Positions 1 through 11,158 of a DNA stretch of 37,934 bases are shown in pieces. Origin of the DNA: a bacterium UBP10_UBA1149 (GTDB taxonomy: Bacteria > Desulfobacterota > Binatia > UBA1149); NCBI GenBank assembly GCA_002311335.1, contig DBZX01000015.1, forward strand, positions 106,430 to 144,363. Direction: 5' to 3'. Position numbers and translations under genes: made by a program. The notes beneath the pieces are model-generated. The model had not been told where the DNA came from. It was given only the letters and a program-made list of their open reading frames with translations, and ran no database searches. Every line of letters starts with the position of its first letter. Position 1 is the first letter of the stretch.

Positions 1-159
1 AAACCCGGCGGCGCGCCCCTGCCGCACGAGTTGCAGTTGGAGCTTTCCGACGGTGGCAGGATACGGCTGGTATACTCGAGAATCTGGCGAAACCTGGACA
101 TGGGCGACGAGCTGTTTCGGCTTGAGCCCGGCCCGGGGGTAAAAGTAGTGGAGGTCTGA
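1..159 (+). CDS. 3' end of a gene that starts left of the window (52 codons + TGA), function unknown. The C-terminus ...DELFRLEPGPGVKVVEV faintly resembles LolA-like lipoprotein-sorting folds.
   Basis: Frame 1 is open from base 1 to TGA 157-159, which overlaps the ATG at 159 (TGATG). It is absent from the ORF track because no start lies in the window. The family guess rests on a short motif only. Confidence 0.3.
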   Translation, partial: KPGGAPLPHELQLELSDGGRIRLVYSRIWRNLDMGDELFRLEPGPGVKVVEV

Positions 160-1850
160 TGTTGCGGCTGCAAATAAACAAGACGAGGCCAGTGTCGGGG
201 CACAAGATGCAGGGCCTGGTACTGGCGGTGGCTTTGCTGGCCCTGGCGGGCTGCAAGTCCGGCCCCGGCGGCAACGACGCTGGCCCGGCGGCCGACATCG
301 ATCTTTCGCCCGCCACGGGGGACGCCTTACTCGAGGGCAGCATCGGCGACGCCTCCAATCTTATTCCCATGCTCGCCGGCGACAGCTCGTCGCACTCGGT
401 GGCATCGCTGGTGTTCGACCCCCTGCTCACTTACGACCGCAACCAGGACCAGCTCGAGCCCAGGCTCGCGAGTAGCTGGGACGTGAGCGAAGACGGGCTG
501 GAGATCACCTTTCACCTGCGCGAGGACGTACGCTGGCAAGACGGCGAGCCGTTTACCGCCCGCGACATAGAGTATGGTTTCAAGACCATCACCGACCCCA
601 CGACCCTGACGGCCTACGCGGAGGACTACCGGCAGGTTTCGCTCTTTGAGGTCATCGACGACTTTACGTTCAAGGTCACTTACGACAAACCCTTCGCCCC
701 GGCACTGGCCAGCTGGAACAACCTCGTGGTCTTGCCGCGCCACCTGCTCGAGGGGCGCGACATAAACTCAGCCACCGACTTTGCCCGCCACCCGGTGGGG
801 CTGGGCCGCTACACTCTGGAAAGCTGGACCGCCGGCACCACTATCTCGCTGCGGGCCAACCACGACTACTACCGTGGTCGCGCATATGTGGAGCGCGTGG
901 TCTACCGCATCATACCCGACCAGCAGACCCAGTTTCTTGAGCTCAAGACGGGCGGCCTCGACATGATGGGGCTCACCCCGTTGCAGTACAGCCGCCAGAC
1001 CTCGAGCGACGCCTTCAAGAACAACTTTGCCCGCTACAAGTACCTCGCCAACAGCTACACCTATCTTGGCTACAACCTGCGCAACGATCTGTTCAAGGAC
1101 CAACGCGTGCGGCGGGCCTTGACTCACGCGATAAACAAGCAGGAAATCGTCGACGCGGTACTGCTCGGGCTGGGCGCACCGGCGCGGGTGCCGTACAAGC
1201 CCGGCACTTTCTGGCACAATGACAGCATAGAGGACCTCGCTTTCGACCCCGCCCGCTCACGGCAACTGCTGGCCGAGGCCGGCTGGAGCGACAGCGATGA
1301 CAACGGCGTGCTCGACCGCGAGGGCAAGGAGTTCGAGTTCAAGATTCTCACCAACCAGGGCAACGACCTGCGCTTGAAGACCGCCACCATCATACAGCGG
1401 CGTTTCAAGGAGATCGGCGTCAAGGCCGATGTCCGGGTCATAGAGTGGTCGGCGTTCATCAACGACTTTGTCGACAAGCGCGCGTTCGACGCGGTGGTGC
1501 TGGGCTGGTCGCTGGGCCTCGACCCCGACCAGTACGATATATGGCACTCGTCGAAGACCTCCGAGAAGGAGTTTAATTTCGTGTCGTTTGCCGACCAGGA
1601 AGTCGACGACCTGCTCGACAGCGCGCGCCGCAGCTTCGATCGCCAGGAGCGCAAGAAGGCCTACGACAGGTTCCAGGAAATACTCGTCGAGCAGCAGCCC
1701 TACACGTTTCTCTACGTTGCCGAGAGCCTGCCCGCCGTCCACCGTCGTTTTCACGGCATAGAGCCGGCGCCGGCCGGCATCGCCTATAACTTCGAACGCT
1801 GGTACGTACCCGCGGCCCTGCAGAAACACTCGCTGAGTCCGGGGGGCTGA
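159..1850 (+). CDS. ABC transporter substrate-binding lipoprotein, family 5 (peptide/nickel, DppA/OppA-like)
   Basis: 563-aa ORF with a lipoprotein signal (LAVALLALAGC lipobox). Its length and motifs are typical of SBP family 5, and it is the first gene of a permease-permease-ATPase-ATPase operon. An alternative start is ATG 207. Confidence 0.9.
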   Translation: MLRLQINKTRPVSGHKMQGLVLAVALLALAGCKSGPGGNDAGPAADIDLSPATGDALLEGSIGDASNLIPMLAGDSSSHSVASLVFDPLLTYDRNQDQLEPRLASSWDVSEDGLEITFHLREDVRWQDGEPFTARDIEYGFKTITDPTTLTAYAEDYRQVSLFEVIDDFTFKVTYDKPFAPALASWNNLVVLPRHLLEGRDINSATDFARHPVGLGRYTLESWTAGTTISLRANHDYYRGRAYVERVVYRIIPDQQTQFLELKTGGLDMMGLTPLQYSRQTSSDAFKNNFARYKYLANSYTYLGYNLRNDLFKDQRVRRALTHAINKQEIVDAVLLGLGAPARVPYKPGTFWHNDSIEDLAFDPARSRQLLAEAGWSDSDDNGVLDREGKEFEFKILTNQGNDLRLKTATIIQRRFKEIGVKADVRVIEWSAFINDFVDKRAFDAVVLGWSLGLDPDQYDIWHSSKTSEKEFNFVSFADQEVDDLLDSARRSFDRQERKKAYDRFQEILVEQQPYTFLYVAESLPAVHRRFHGIEPAPAGIAYNFERWYVPAALQKHSLSPGG

Positions 1851-1856
1851 GTCGGC

Positions 1857-2831
1857 GTGATCGCTTACCTCTCCCGTCGACTGCTCGGCCTCGTACCGCT
1901 GCTGCTCGGCATCACGCTCATTTCTTTCATGGTCATCCACGTGGCGCCTGGTTCGCCAATGGATCTTCTCACCGACATGAATCCCGACGCGAGCCCCGAG
2001 CTGCGCGACCGCTTGGCCGAGCACTGGGGGCTCGACGAACCGCTACCCGTGCAGTACGCGATGTGGCTCAAGCGCGTGGTGGTGGGCGACTTCGGCAACT
2101 CGCTGTCGCGCGATCCGCGGCCGGTCATCGACAAGGTGGCAGAGGCCCTGCCCGTGACCCTGGTGCTCAACCTGATGTCGCTGTGCCTGGTCATGGCCGC
2201 GGCGATTCCCATAGGCGTTTACTCGGCCACCCATCCTTACTCGCGCAGCGACCGCGTGGCCACGGTGTTCGTGTTCCTGGGCTTTGCCATGCCCACTTTC
2301 TGGCTGGCACTGTTGTGCATGATGCTGTTCGGCGTGGAGCTGGCGTGGCTGCCGGTGTCGGGCCTGCAGTCGTTGGACTATGACTCGCTCGGGCCGTGGG
2401 ACAAGGTGCTCGACCGCGCGCGCCACCTGGTATTGCCGGTGTCGATTGCGGCCATCACCAGCCTTGCGGGCATGTCGCGCTACATGCGTTCGAGCATGCT
2501 CGAGGTTTTTCGCCAGGACTACGTGACCACGGCGCGGGCCAAGGGACTTTCCGAACGCGTGGTGGTCTACCGGCACGCGCTGCGCAACGCCATGCTGCCG
2601 GTCATCACCCTGCTGGGCCTGTCGGTGCCGGGCCTCATCGGCGGTTCGGTGATTTTTGAAACCATTTTTGCCATCCCCGGTATGGGCAGGCTTTTTTACA
2701 ACAGCGTAATGGGTCGTGACTACACGGTGGTCATGGGCGTGCTGGTCATAGGCGCGGTGCTCACGCTGTTGGGCAACCTGCTGGCCGATGTTTCCTACGC
2801 GATCGCCGACCCGAGGTTGAGGCGAAGATGA
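1857..2831 (+). CDS. ABC transporter permease (DppB/OppB-like)
   Basis: 324 aa, multi-TM, N-terminus MIAYLSRRLLGLVPLLLGITLISF typical of DppB/OppB. GTG start. The stop overlaps the next start (ATGA). Confidence 0.9.
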   Translation: MIAYLSRRLLGLVPLLLGITLISFMVIHVAPGSPMDLLTDMNPDASPELRDRLAEHWGLDEPLPVQYAMWLKRVVVGDFGNSLSRDPRPVIDKVAEALPVTLVLNLMSLCLVMAAAIPIGVYSATHPYSRSDRVATVFVFLGFAMPTFWLALLCMMLFGVELAWLPVSGLQSLDYDSLGPWDKVLDRARHLVLPVSIAAITSLAGMSRYMRSSMLEVFRQDYVTTARAKGLSERVVVYRHALRNAMLPVITLLGLSVPGLIGGSVIFETIFAIPGMGRLFYNSVMGRDYTVVMGVLVIGAVLTLLGNLLADVSYAIADPRLRRR

Positions 2832-3658
2832 GCATCTTGTCGCGCATAGCGAGTAACCGGCTCACGATGGCCGGTGGCGTGATGGTGGCCTTGCTGTTTG
2901 CCGTGGCGGTGCTGGCGCCGGTGATTTCGCCCTACGATCCGGGTGCCGTCAATACCCAGGCGATACTCGAAGCGCCGTCGTTAGCGCACCCGCTGGGCAC
3001 CGACGGCATAGGCCGCGACGTGCTCAGCCGCATGATTTACGGCGCAAGGGTTTCGCTGATGGTGGGCTTCGTAGCCGTTGGCATCGCCAGCCTGATCGGC
3101 GTGCTGCTCGGTTCTACGGCCGGTTACTTCGGCGGCATGATCGACGCCGTCATCATGCGCTTCGTGGACGTGATGCTCTGCTTCCCGTCCTTCTTTCTCA
3201 TACTGGCGGTGATCGCTTTTCTCGACGCCAGCATCTGGAACATCATGGTCGTCATCGGGCTTACCTCGTGGATGGGTGTGTGCCGGCTGGTGAGGGCTGA
3301 GTTCATGGCCCTGCGCAGCCGCGAGTTCATGCTGGCCGCCGAGGGCCTGGGGCTGCCGTCGTTGCGCATCATGCTCAGGCACGGGTTGCCCAACGCAATG
3401 GCGCCGGTGTTCGTGGCCTTCATCCTGGGCGTGGCCGGCGCTATTCTCACCGAGAGCGCGCTCAGCTTCCTGGGCATAGGCGTGCAGCCGCCCGACCCGA
3501 GCTGGGGCAACATTCTCACCGAGGGCAAGAACACCATAGAGGTCGCCTGGTGGCTGTCGGTCTGTCCTGGCGTGGCCATCCTGCTGACGGTGCTCGCGTA
3601 CAACCTGCTGGGCGAGGGCTTGCGCGATGTCCTCGACCCGAGGCTCAGGGAGGGCTGA
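2828..3658 (+). CDS. ABC transporter permease (DppC/OppC-like)
   Basis: 276 aa, multi-TM, contains the HPLGTD.GRD motif characteristic of DppC/OppC N-termini. Confidence 0.9.
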   Translation: MSILSRIASNRLTMAGGVMVALLFAVAVLAPVISPYDPGAVNTQAILEAPSLAHPLGTDGIGRDVLSRMIYGARVSLMVGFVAVGIASLIGVLLGSTAGYFGGMIDAVIMRFVDVMLCFPSFFLILAVIAFLDASIWNIMVVIGLTSWMGVCRLVRAEFMALRSREFMLAAEGLGLPSLRIMLRHGLPNAMAPVFVAFILGVAGAILTESALSFLGIGVQPPDPSWGNILTEGKNTIEVAWWLSVCPGVAILLTVLAYNLLGEGLRDVLDPRLREG

Positions 3659-3663
3659 GGCAG

Positions 3664-4656
3664 GTGGCCGCATTACTCGAGTTGCGCGACCTGGTGACGG
3701 TGTTCGACACCGCCGACGGCGTGGCGCGGGCCGTCGACGGCGTGAGCTTCAGCATTGATCGTGGCGAGACCCTGGGAGTTGTCGGCGAATCGGGCTGCGG
3801 CAAGAGCGTTACCGCCCTGTCCATTCTGCGCCTGGTGCCCGAACCGCCCGGCCGCATAGAGAGCGGCAGCGTTCTGTTCCAAGGTACCGACCTGCTGCAG
3901 ATGAGCGAGCCCGAGCTGCGGGCCATACGTGGTAACGAAATTGCCATGATCTTCCAGGAGCCCATGACGTCGCTCAACCCGGTTTTCACTGTCGGCTTCC
4001 AGGTGGCCGAGGCCTTGCGATTGCACCGGGGGTTGGGCAAGCGCGAGGCCGAGCGCGAAGCCGTACGCATGCTCGAGTTGGTCGAGATTCCCGAAGCCGA
4101 GTCGCGCGCGAGGGACTACCCGCACCAGCTCAGCGGCGGCATGCGGCAGCGGGTGATGATTGCCATGGCGCTTTCCTGTACCCCGAGCCTGCTCATTGCC
4201 GATGAGCCCACGACCGCGCTCGACGTGACCATACAGGCGCAGATACTCGAGCTGCTGGGCGAGCTTCAGCAAAGATTGGGAATGGCACTGCTGCTCATAA
4301 CCCACGATCTCGGCGTTGTGGCCGAGAGGGCCGACAGGGTCATGGTCATGTACGCCGGTCGCGTGGTCGAGCAGGGCCCGGCCGACTCGGTGCTGGGCAG
4401 TCCGCGGCACCCATACACCCGTGGGTTGATCGCTTCGCAGCCGCGGCTGGGGGCCACCGGCGAACGGCTGCAGCCCATAGCCGGCATGGTGCCGAGGCTT
4501 ACCGAGCTGCCATCGGGCTGCCACTTTCGCACCCGCTGTTCGCTGGCCACCGATCGCTGCGAGCGCGAGGAGCCCCTCCTGGAGGGCGGCGCGCACGAGG
4601 TCGCGTGTTTTGAAACGTCGGTACCCCCGGCGGGCAACGGAGGTAGGCATGGCTGA
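3664..4656 (+). CDS. ABC transporter ATP-binding protein (DppD/OppD-like)
   Basis: Walker A GESGCGKS, signature LSGGMRQR, Walker [13 protein letters not shown], and an oligopeptide C-terminal domain (HPYT...C). I chose GTG 3664, just after the upstream stop. The track ORF start at 3550 would overlap the permease by 109 nt. Confidence 0.9.
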   Translation: MAALLELRDLVTVFDTADGVARAVDGVSFSIDRGETLGVVGESGCGKSVTALSILRLVPEPPGRIESGSVLFQGTDLLQMSEPELRAIRGNEIAMIFQEPMTSLNPVFTVGFQVAEALRLHRGLGKREAEREAVRMLELVEIPEAESRARDYPHQLSGGMRQRVMIAMALSCTPSLLIADEPTTALDVTIQAQILELLGELQQRLGMALLLITHDLGVVAERADRVMVMYAGRVVEQGPADSVLGSPRHPYTRGLIASQPRLGATGERLQPIAGMVPRLTELPSGCHFRTRCSLATDRCEREEPLLEGGAHEVACFETSVPPAGNGGRHG

Positions 4657-5620
4657 AGTCGAACCGTTGCTCAAGGCCCGAGGCCTGGTGAAGGTGTTTA
4701 AGACCGGCGGCGGTGTGTTCGGCGGTGGCAGTGCCGAGCTGCGCGCAGTGGACGGCGTCGACCTCGACGTGTGGCGCGGCGAGACCCTGGGTATCGTCGG
4801 CGAGTCAGGCTGCGGCAAGACCACCCTCGGGCGGCTGTTGCTGAGGTTACTCGAGCCAACGGCCGGCAGCGTGGAGTTTGATGGCCAGCAACTCACCGGC
4901 TTGTCGCGTAGGCAACTGCGGCCTTTCAGGCGTCGCATGCAGGTTGTCTTCCAGGACCCCTACGCTTCGCTCAACCCGCGTATGAAGGTGGGCCGCATCA
5001 TAGCCGAGGGCATGGAGTTCCACGGCCTGGCCTCGGGTGCCGAGCTGCGCACCCAGGTGCTCGAGCTGATGGAGAGGGTGGGGCTGGGCGCCGACGCCTG
5101 GGATCGCTATCCCCACGAGTTCAGCGGTGGGCAGCGGCAGCGCATCTGCATCGCGCGAGCGCTGGCCGTAAAGCCCGAGCTGGTGGTGGCCGACGAACCG
5201 GTGTCGGCGCTGGACGTTTCTATACAGGCGCAGATACTCAACCTGTTGGGCGAGCTGCAGCAGGAGTTTGGCTTGACCTTCGTGTTTATCTCGCACGACC
5301 TGAGGGTCGTGGAGCATTTCAGCCACCGCGTGGCCGTGATGTATCTCGGGCGCGTTGTTGAAACGGCACCGTCACGCGATATCTACGAGCGTCCGTTGCA
5401 CCCTTACACGGCTGCGCTGTTGTCGGCGGTGCCCCGCGTAGACGCCAAAGCGCGTACGCAGCGGGTGGTGCTCAAGGGCGACGTGCCCAGTCCGATCAGC
5501 CCGCCAGGGGGCTGTCCGTTTCATCCGCGCTGCCCGGTTGCCGAAGCGCGTTGCTCGTCGGAAGTGCCACAGCTGCTACCACGCGGCGATGAGCGCAGCG
5601 TTGCCTGCTTGCTGGTATAG
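4649..5620 (+). CDS. ABC transporter ATP-binding protein (DppF/OppF-like)
   Basis: Walker A GESGCGKT, signature FSGGQRQR, Walker [16 protein letters not shown] 4649 overlaps the upstream stop (ATGGCTGA); the track start at 4610 is an extension. Confidence 0.9.
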   Translation: MAEVEPLLKARGLVKVFKTGGGVFGGGSAELRAVDGVDLDVWRGETLGIVGESGCGKTTLGRLLLRLLEPTAGSVEFDGQQLTGLSRRQLRPFRRRMQVVFQDPYASLNPRMKVGRIIAEGMEFHGLASGAELRTQVLELMERVGLGADAWDRYPHEFSGGQRQRICIARALAVKPELVVADEPVSALDVSIQAQILNLLGELQQEFGLTFVFISHDLRVVEHFSHRVAVMYLGRVVETAPSRDIYERPLHPYTAALLSAVPRVDAKARTQRVVLKGDVPSPISPPGGCPFHPRCPVAEARCSSEVPQLLPRGDERSVACLLV

Positions 5621-5642
5621 CGCCAGCTCCTGGAAAACGGCG

Positions 5643-5987
5643 TTAGCGCTGGTCGCGTGAACGTATGCGCGCGGCCTTGCCGGTGCGGTCACGCAGGTAG
5701 TACAGGCGACTTCGGCGGACGATGCCACGTGCCTTGATCTCTACCTTGTCGATGCGAGGGGAGTGAAGTGGAAAGGTTCTTTCGACGCCGACGCCGTAGG
5801 AGGTCTTGCGCACGGTGAACGACGCGCCGCTGCCGCCGCGGGACCGCCGTATGCAGACGCCTTCGAACACCTGGATTCGCTCTTTATCGCCCTCGACGAT
5901 GCGCGCGTGCACGCGCAGGGTGTCGCCCGGGCGAAACGCCGGTAGCTCTCGCAGTTGCTCTGCTTCTATCTGGTCTATGATGTTCAT
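5643..5987 (-). CDS. rplS: 50S ribosomal protein L19
   Basis: 114 aa, [31 protein letters not shown]...G.G...FTVRK is the canonical L19 sequence. GAGGA lies upstream of the ATG. Confidence 0.97.
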   Translation of the reverse strand: MNIIDQIEAEQLRELPAFRPGDTLRVHARIVEGDKERIQVFEGVCIRRSRGGSGASFTVRKTSYGVGVERTFPLHSPRIDKVEIKARGIVRRSRLYYLRDRTGKAARIRSRDQR

Positions 5988-6020
5988 TGGCGCAATCCTC
6001 GGTCTTTCTAACCCGCCTTT

Positions 6021-6581
6021 CTACCCTGTGCCGCGTAGCCGGTCAAGAATTACCGCCGCTGCGGCCCGCACCGACAGGTGATTATAGTCGCCGGGGCCGT
6101 TGACAGGCGGCAGCCTGAGATCGCAGCGCTCGACCAGCTCATCGGTCATCCCCCAGCCCGTACCGAGCAGGAGCAGCCAGGGCCGGCTGTCGTCGGCCAG
6201 CTGCCGGGCGGCTTGTTTCCACGCCGTTTGGCGGGGCATGGGGCGGGCACTGGTGGCCACCAGGGTAGGCAGCTCGCCGGTTTCGCGCTCGATCTCTATG
6301 AGCACGCCTTCGAGGTCGCGCTCCAGGCGCACCAGCTCCATGGCCTGCCGGCGATTGTCGTTGTAGCTGCTGCCAGGGCCATCCTGCCAGTGGCGCAAAA
6401 TTTTTCTCACCAGCCCGCGCAAGGCATCCACGGGTGTGACCACGAAAAACGCGTGGGCGTGGTATGTGCGGCAGCTGCGCGCGATGTCGTGCACGTCGAT
6501 GTTGGTCACCGAAGTGGTCACCACGTTGTGATTGCGGTCGTACACCGGGTAGTGCAGCAGCGCCACGTAGAGATCGGACAC
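6021..6581 (-). CDS. Predicted SAM-dependent RNA methyltransferase of the SPOUT superfamily (Methyltrn_RNA_4-like)
   Basis: 186 aa, YVALLHYPVYDRN..VVTTSVTN.DVHDIARS..TY and C-terminal NHLSVR.A.A..LDRL match my memory of this family. It sits between trmD and rplS. GTG start. Confidence 0.6.
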   Translation of the reverse strand: MSDLYVALLHYPVYDRNHNVVTTSVTNIDVHDIARSCRTYHAHAFFVVTPVDALRGLVRKILRHWQDGPGSSYNDNRRQAMELVRLERDLEGVLIEIERETGELPTLVATSARPMPRQTAWKQAARQLADDSRPWLLLLGTGWGMTDELVERCDLRLPPVNGPGDYNHLSVRAAAAVILDRLRGTG

Positions 6582-6583
6582 GG

Positions 6584-7318
6584 TCAGTCGTCCCCGGGCT
6601 CTTCGCCACGGCCAACGCCGCCGCTGCGGTCGCCAGCCACGAGATCGGGGCGACGTGCCCGTGTTCGTCGTTCGGACTGTTCCCGTCGCCAGCGTTCTAT
6701 CTCGGCGTGGTTGCCCGACAGCAGGACGTCGGGGACGGCTTCTCCCCTGAAGACAGCGGGGCGCGTGTACTGCGGGTACTCGAGGCGGCCGTCACTGAAG
6801 GATTCGTGGCTCGTGGATTCATCGCTGCCCAGCGCGCCGGGCACCAGGCGTGTGACGGCGTCGATGATCACCAGGGCGGCCAGCTCGCCGCCACTCAGAA
6901 CGTAGTCGCCGATGGACAACTCCTCGTCGAACAGCGGGCGGATTCTTTCGTCCACTCCCTCGTATCGACCACAGAACAAGAGCACGCGTTTTTCGTCGGC
7001 CAGCCTGGCGGCGGCTTTCTGGCCGAAGCGCCGTCCCTGCGGCGTGAGCAGCACGCTCACGCCCGGCGGCGCCGTGCTGCTCACCTGTTCAACGGCCGCG
7101 AACACCGGCTCGGGTTTCATCAGCATGCCCGGCCCGCCACCATAGGGAGAGTCGTCGACCGGGTGTATGCTGCCGCCGGTAAAGTCGCGCAGCTGGTACG
7201 CGGTGAGGCCAACCAGTCCGCGTTCGACGGCCTTGCCGGTAACGCCGCACAGCGAGGCTGGCGAAAACATTTCCGGGAACAGGCTGATGACGTGAAACTC
7301 GGGGCCGGGGCGACTCAT
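6584..7318 (-). CDS. trmD: tRNA (guanine37-N1)-methyltransferase
   Basis: [52 protein letters not shown] are canonical TrmD motifs. The start is set at ATG 7318, which overlaps the rimM stop (ATGA). The track ORF extends to 7456 inside rimM. Confidence 0.95.
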   Translation of the reverse strand: MSRPGPEFHVISLFPEMFSPASLCGVTGKAVERGLVGLTAYQLRDFTGGSIHPVDDSPYGGGPGMLMKPEPVFAAVEQVSSTAPPGVSVLLTPQGRRFGQKAAARLADEKRVLLFCGRYEGVDERIRPLFDEELSIGDYVLSGGELAALVIIDAVTRLVPGALGSDESTSHESFSDGRLEYPQYTRPAVFRGEAVPDVLLSGNHAEIERWRREQSERRTRARRPDLVAGDRSGGVGRGEEPGDD

Positions 7319-7833
7319 GCGCTGTCTTCTCCCCCGCGGCTGAAGTCGAGGCCTTTCCGGTTTACCACCACCCGGCCGGCCTCGCTGTCGATGCTCGTGA
7401 CCACTGATTTTACGACGGGGATCAGGGCGGTGACTTCGGGACCCTCGACCTTCCATACGTCGTTGGCCCCGGTCTGTATCACCTCGGTAACCAGGCCCAG
7501 CACCGAGCCGTCGCTGTCTTCTACCGTCGCTCCGAGAATGTCGTTTTCGTAGTAAGCGTCGTCTTCCGCGTCGGGCAGGCAGTCTTCGGGTATCCAGGCG
7601 TCGCTGCGCGCGAGCGGCTCGGCGGCGCTGCGGTCTTTTACCCCCACCAGCTTGAGCAGGGCGTCATCGTGCCTGCGCTTGAGCTGATCGATGGCAGCCG
7701 ACAGCAGCTCGTCTCCATCGCGTCTCAGTACCACCCGGGTGCCGGGCAGCAGGGCGTCCATGATGTAATCGTCGGCCTTGAGCAGCAGCGCGCCTCTCAA
7801 TCCGTGGGCGCGCAGGATCCGTCCGGCGAGCAA
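7315..7833 (-). CDS. rimM: 16S rRNA processing protein RimM
   Basis: 172 aa, [17 protein letters not shown]-terminal motif plus a PRC-barrel-like C-terminus, at the conserved operon position. Confidence 0.9.
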   Translation of the reverse strand: MLAGRILRAHGLRGALLLKADDYIMDALLPGTRVVLRRDGDELLSAAIDQLKRRHDDALLKLVGVKDRSAAEPLARSDAWIPEDCLPDAEDDAYYENDILGATVEDSDGSVLGLVTEVIQTGANDVWKVEGPEVTALIPVVKSVVTSIDSEAGRVVVNRKGLDFSRGGEDSA

Positions 7834-7890
7834 CTCGCCGGGAAATGGCTGTTTGGTTGAAATCTGACCCGGAGCCTGCGCCGCAGGCCC

Positions 7891-8229
7891 CTAGTCCTCG
7901 ATGATCTCGAGGACGGCACGGCAGTTGGTGCGCGAGGCGGCCGCGTTGAGAATGGTGCGCAACGACTTGGCGGTGCGCCCCTGCTTGCCTATCACTCGGC
8001 CGAGGTCCCCCTTGTCCACGCGTAGCTCAAGCACGGAAGACTCATCGCTGATGGAGTGGGTCACCTCTACGGCCTCTGGCTTGGTAACCAAGTTGGCCGC
8101 CAGGAACTCCAGCAGCTCCTTGAGGGCTTCGCCCTGGTGCTTTACCGCGTCGAGTGCGTCGTCGGCAGGCCGGCTTTCTTCATCAGCTTGGCTACTGTCG
8201 GCGATGGTATCGCTCCCTTCTTCACCCAT
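7891..8229 (-). CDS. KH-domain RNA-binding protein (UPF0109 family) with a 35-aa acidic N-terminal extension
   Basis: [21 protein letters not shown]...[18 protein letters not shown] is the conserved KH/UPF0109 core found between rpsP and rimM. The only canonical start upstream of the conserved core is ATG 8229, which overlaps rpsP by 88 nt. Confidence 0.8.
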   Translation of the reverse strand: MGEEGSDTIADSSQADEESRPADDALDAVKHQGEALKELLEFLAANLVTKPEAVEVTHSISDESSVLELRVDKGDLGRVIGKQGRTAKSLRTILNAAASRTNCRAVLEIIED

Positions 8230-8405
8230 TGCTCGATTTTCTCCCCTTCAAGTTTGACCTCCGGCGGATCTGACACCGGGTTATAAGTACCCAGAACTTC
8301 AAGGTACTTCCCGTCCCGTGGAGCTCGCTTGTCTGCAGCCACCACCCTGTAGAAGGGGCGCTTTTTGGTTCCGCGTCTGGTCAATCGAATCGTAACAGCC
8401 ATCAA
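8142..8405 (-). CDS. rpsP: 30S ribosomal protein S16
   Basis: [27 protein letters not shown]...E.LG.YNP is canonical S16. Two adjacent ATGs (8405, 8402). Confidence 0.95.
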   Translation of the reverse strand: MMAVTIRLTRRGTKKRPFYRVVAADKRAPRDGKYLEVLGTYNPVSDPPEVKLEGEKIEQWVKKGAIPSPTVAKLMKKAGLPTTHSTR

Positions 8406-8459
8406 TATGCTTCCTGGGTTTCCCGTGCGCCACGGTCACCCGCGGTCAGATTCCTTCAG

Positions 8460-8488
8460 TTAATACTAGACCTTGCGGCTCTTCTCAA
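8460..8488 (-). promoter_or_regulatory. Candidate sigma-70-type promoter of the rpsP operon
   Basis: On the minus strand, TTGAGA-17 nt-TATTAA lies about 55 nt upstream of the rpsP ATG, with AGGAAG before the start. Motif match only. Confidence 0.35.
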
Positions 8489-8520
8489 GGGCTACGGCCT
8501 ATTTTCTGATATCAGTGGTC

Positions 8521-8561
8521 AACAAAAGACCCCCCGCCGACTGTTAGGCCGACGGGGGGTC
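8521..8561 (-). terminator. Intrinsic terminator after groEL
   Basis: Minus strand reads GACCCCCCGTCGGCCTAACAGTCGGCGGGGGGTC (a long GC stem with two mismatches), followed by TTTTGTT, starting 30 nt after the groEL stop. Confidence 0.7.
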
Positions 8562-8590
8562 AAGGTTTTCTTCCCTTAAAAACAGGGAAT

Positions 8591-10279
<1,689 letters not shown>

Positions 10280-10355
10280 TTACCCGACTGGGTTTTTCTT
10301 TTCCTTGGTAGCACTACGGGCCACCACGGGGTTGCGTTCAATTGGTCTACGCGGC

Positions 10356-10646
10356 TCAGCCTTCGACCACGCCGAGGATGTCGTCCTCGCGCATGATCAG
10401 GTGCTCGATACCGTTTATTTCGATCTCGTTGCCGGAGTACTTGCCGAAAAGGATGCTGTCGCCCTTTTTGACGCCGGGCTTGCGCACCGATCCGTCATCG
10501 TTGATGTGGCCACCGCCAACGGCGACCACTTTGCCTTCCTGGGGCTTTTCCTTTGCTGTATCCGGAATGATTATGCCGCCGGAGGAAAGTTCTTCCTCGG
10601 CGATTCTCTGTACGAGTACACGATCCTGTAATGGACGAATCTTCAT
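10356..10646 (-). CDS. groS: Co-chaperonin GroES
   Basis: 96 aa. [12 protein letters not shown]...[22 protein letters not shown] is canonical. Confidence 0.97.
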   Translation of the reverse strand: MKIRPLQDRVLVQRIAEEELSSGGIIIPDTAKEKPQEGKVVAVGGGHINDDGSVRKPGVKKGDSILFGKYSGNEIEINGIEHLIMREDDILGVVEG

Positions 10647-10753
10647 GATGTTTGTCTGCCTCCTGAGCCTGACGAGTATTGAGTCTTAAAATTAACGTAA
10701 CGAGGGCGCTTCGTAGCCCAGTAGACGGGTTATTTGCTGCCCAAACCTTGCGA

Positions 10754-10781
10754 ACATTAATGGCGGGCAGCCGCGTGTCAA
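10754..10781 (-). promoter_or_regulatory. Candidate groESL promoter (sigma-70/sigma-32-like)
   Basis: Minus strand CCTTGACA-16 nt-TAATGT (with CCGCCAT just before the -10), about 105 nt upstream of the groES ATG. No CIRCE inverted repeat was found. Motif match only. Confidence 0.3.
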
Positions 10782-10792
10782 GGATATTCGGC

Positions 10793-10831
10793 AAAAAAAA
10801 CCGCCCGCCCGCCTCTGAAGGGCGCTTTTTT
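10793..10831 (-). terminator. Possible intrinsic terminator after the 10877-11158 gene
   Basis: Short GC hairpin (CGCCC/GGGCG) flanked by A8 on one side and T6 on the other, so on the minus strand the hairpin is followed by T8. The stem is weak. Confidence 0.35.
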
Positions 10832-10876
10832 ACCGGGGAAGGCTGGCCCCGGGGCCGGTCGCGCGGGCCCGGGTTT

Positions 10877-11158
10877 CTAGCGCCGCTTGGCCAGTTCTTC
10901 GCTGTATTGCCGGTAGAGCAGGTCCCACTCGCTGCTGCCCTCTGGCACCTGTCGGCTGAGCGACTCGATTCGCTGCCTCACGGCCCGGTCGAGCTCGGGG
11001 TCGTGGGCCCAGGCGGCCATGATGACCGAGGCCAGCACGCGCAGCGCCGCGCCTTCGTCCACCACGCTGACGCCAGCAGTATTTCTCAAGGTCCCGAGGG
11101 CGGTCGTCGCGATAGACTCGACCCTCTGGTCCGACATTCCCCGTCCACCGCCGCTCAC
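10877..11158 (-). CDS. Hypothetical small protein (93 aa, or 86 aa from ATG 11137)
   Basis: Protein-like composition, unlike the R/S/P-rich antisense 292-aa ORF. It overlaps the upstream small gene by 4 nt if the GTG at 11158 is used. No family recognised. Confidence 0.5.
   Translation of the reverse strand: MSGGGRGMSDQRVESIATTALGTLRNTAGVSVVDEGAALRVLASVIMAAWAHDPELDRAVRQRIESLSRQVPEGSSEWDLLYRQYSEELAKRR

Noticed and set aside
1210-1226. TGGCACAATGACAGCA, another GG-N10-GC match on the + strand.
   Set aside because: It lies inside the substrate-binding protein gene, has a poor -12 box (CAGC), and has no downstream start codon or SD. It is most likely a chance match. Other TGGCAC occurrences (near 1551, 2305, 10934, 18178 and 35947) lack the GC at the correct spacing.
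3673-4938. 421-aa minus-strand ORF, and similar long ORFs at 6464-7552 (+), 10679-11557 (+), 13992-14909 (-), 16203-17129 (+), 23257-24390 (+), 29394-30350 (-), 32202-33269 (+).
   Set aside because: All lie antisense to, or out of frame with, genes having unmistakable family motifs. All have R/P/G/A/H-rich, low-complexity translations. They are typical shadow ORFs of high-GC DNA.
8509-8518. Perfect 10-bp palindrome CTGATATCAG between the groEL terminator and the rpsP promoter.
   Set aside because: It is a single short palindrome without a second copy or a known operator match. That is insufficient to call a regulatory site.
10647-10800. I looked for a CIRCE element (TTAGCACTC-N9-GAGTGCTAA) upstream of groES.
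   Set aside because: No such inverted repeat is present in the 150 nt upstream. Only a sigma-70/sigma-32-like -35/-10 pair was found, so no HrcA operator is claimed.
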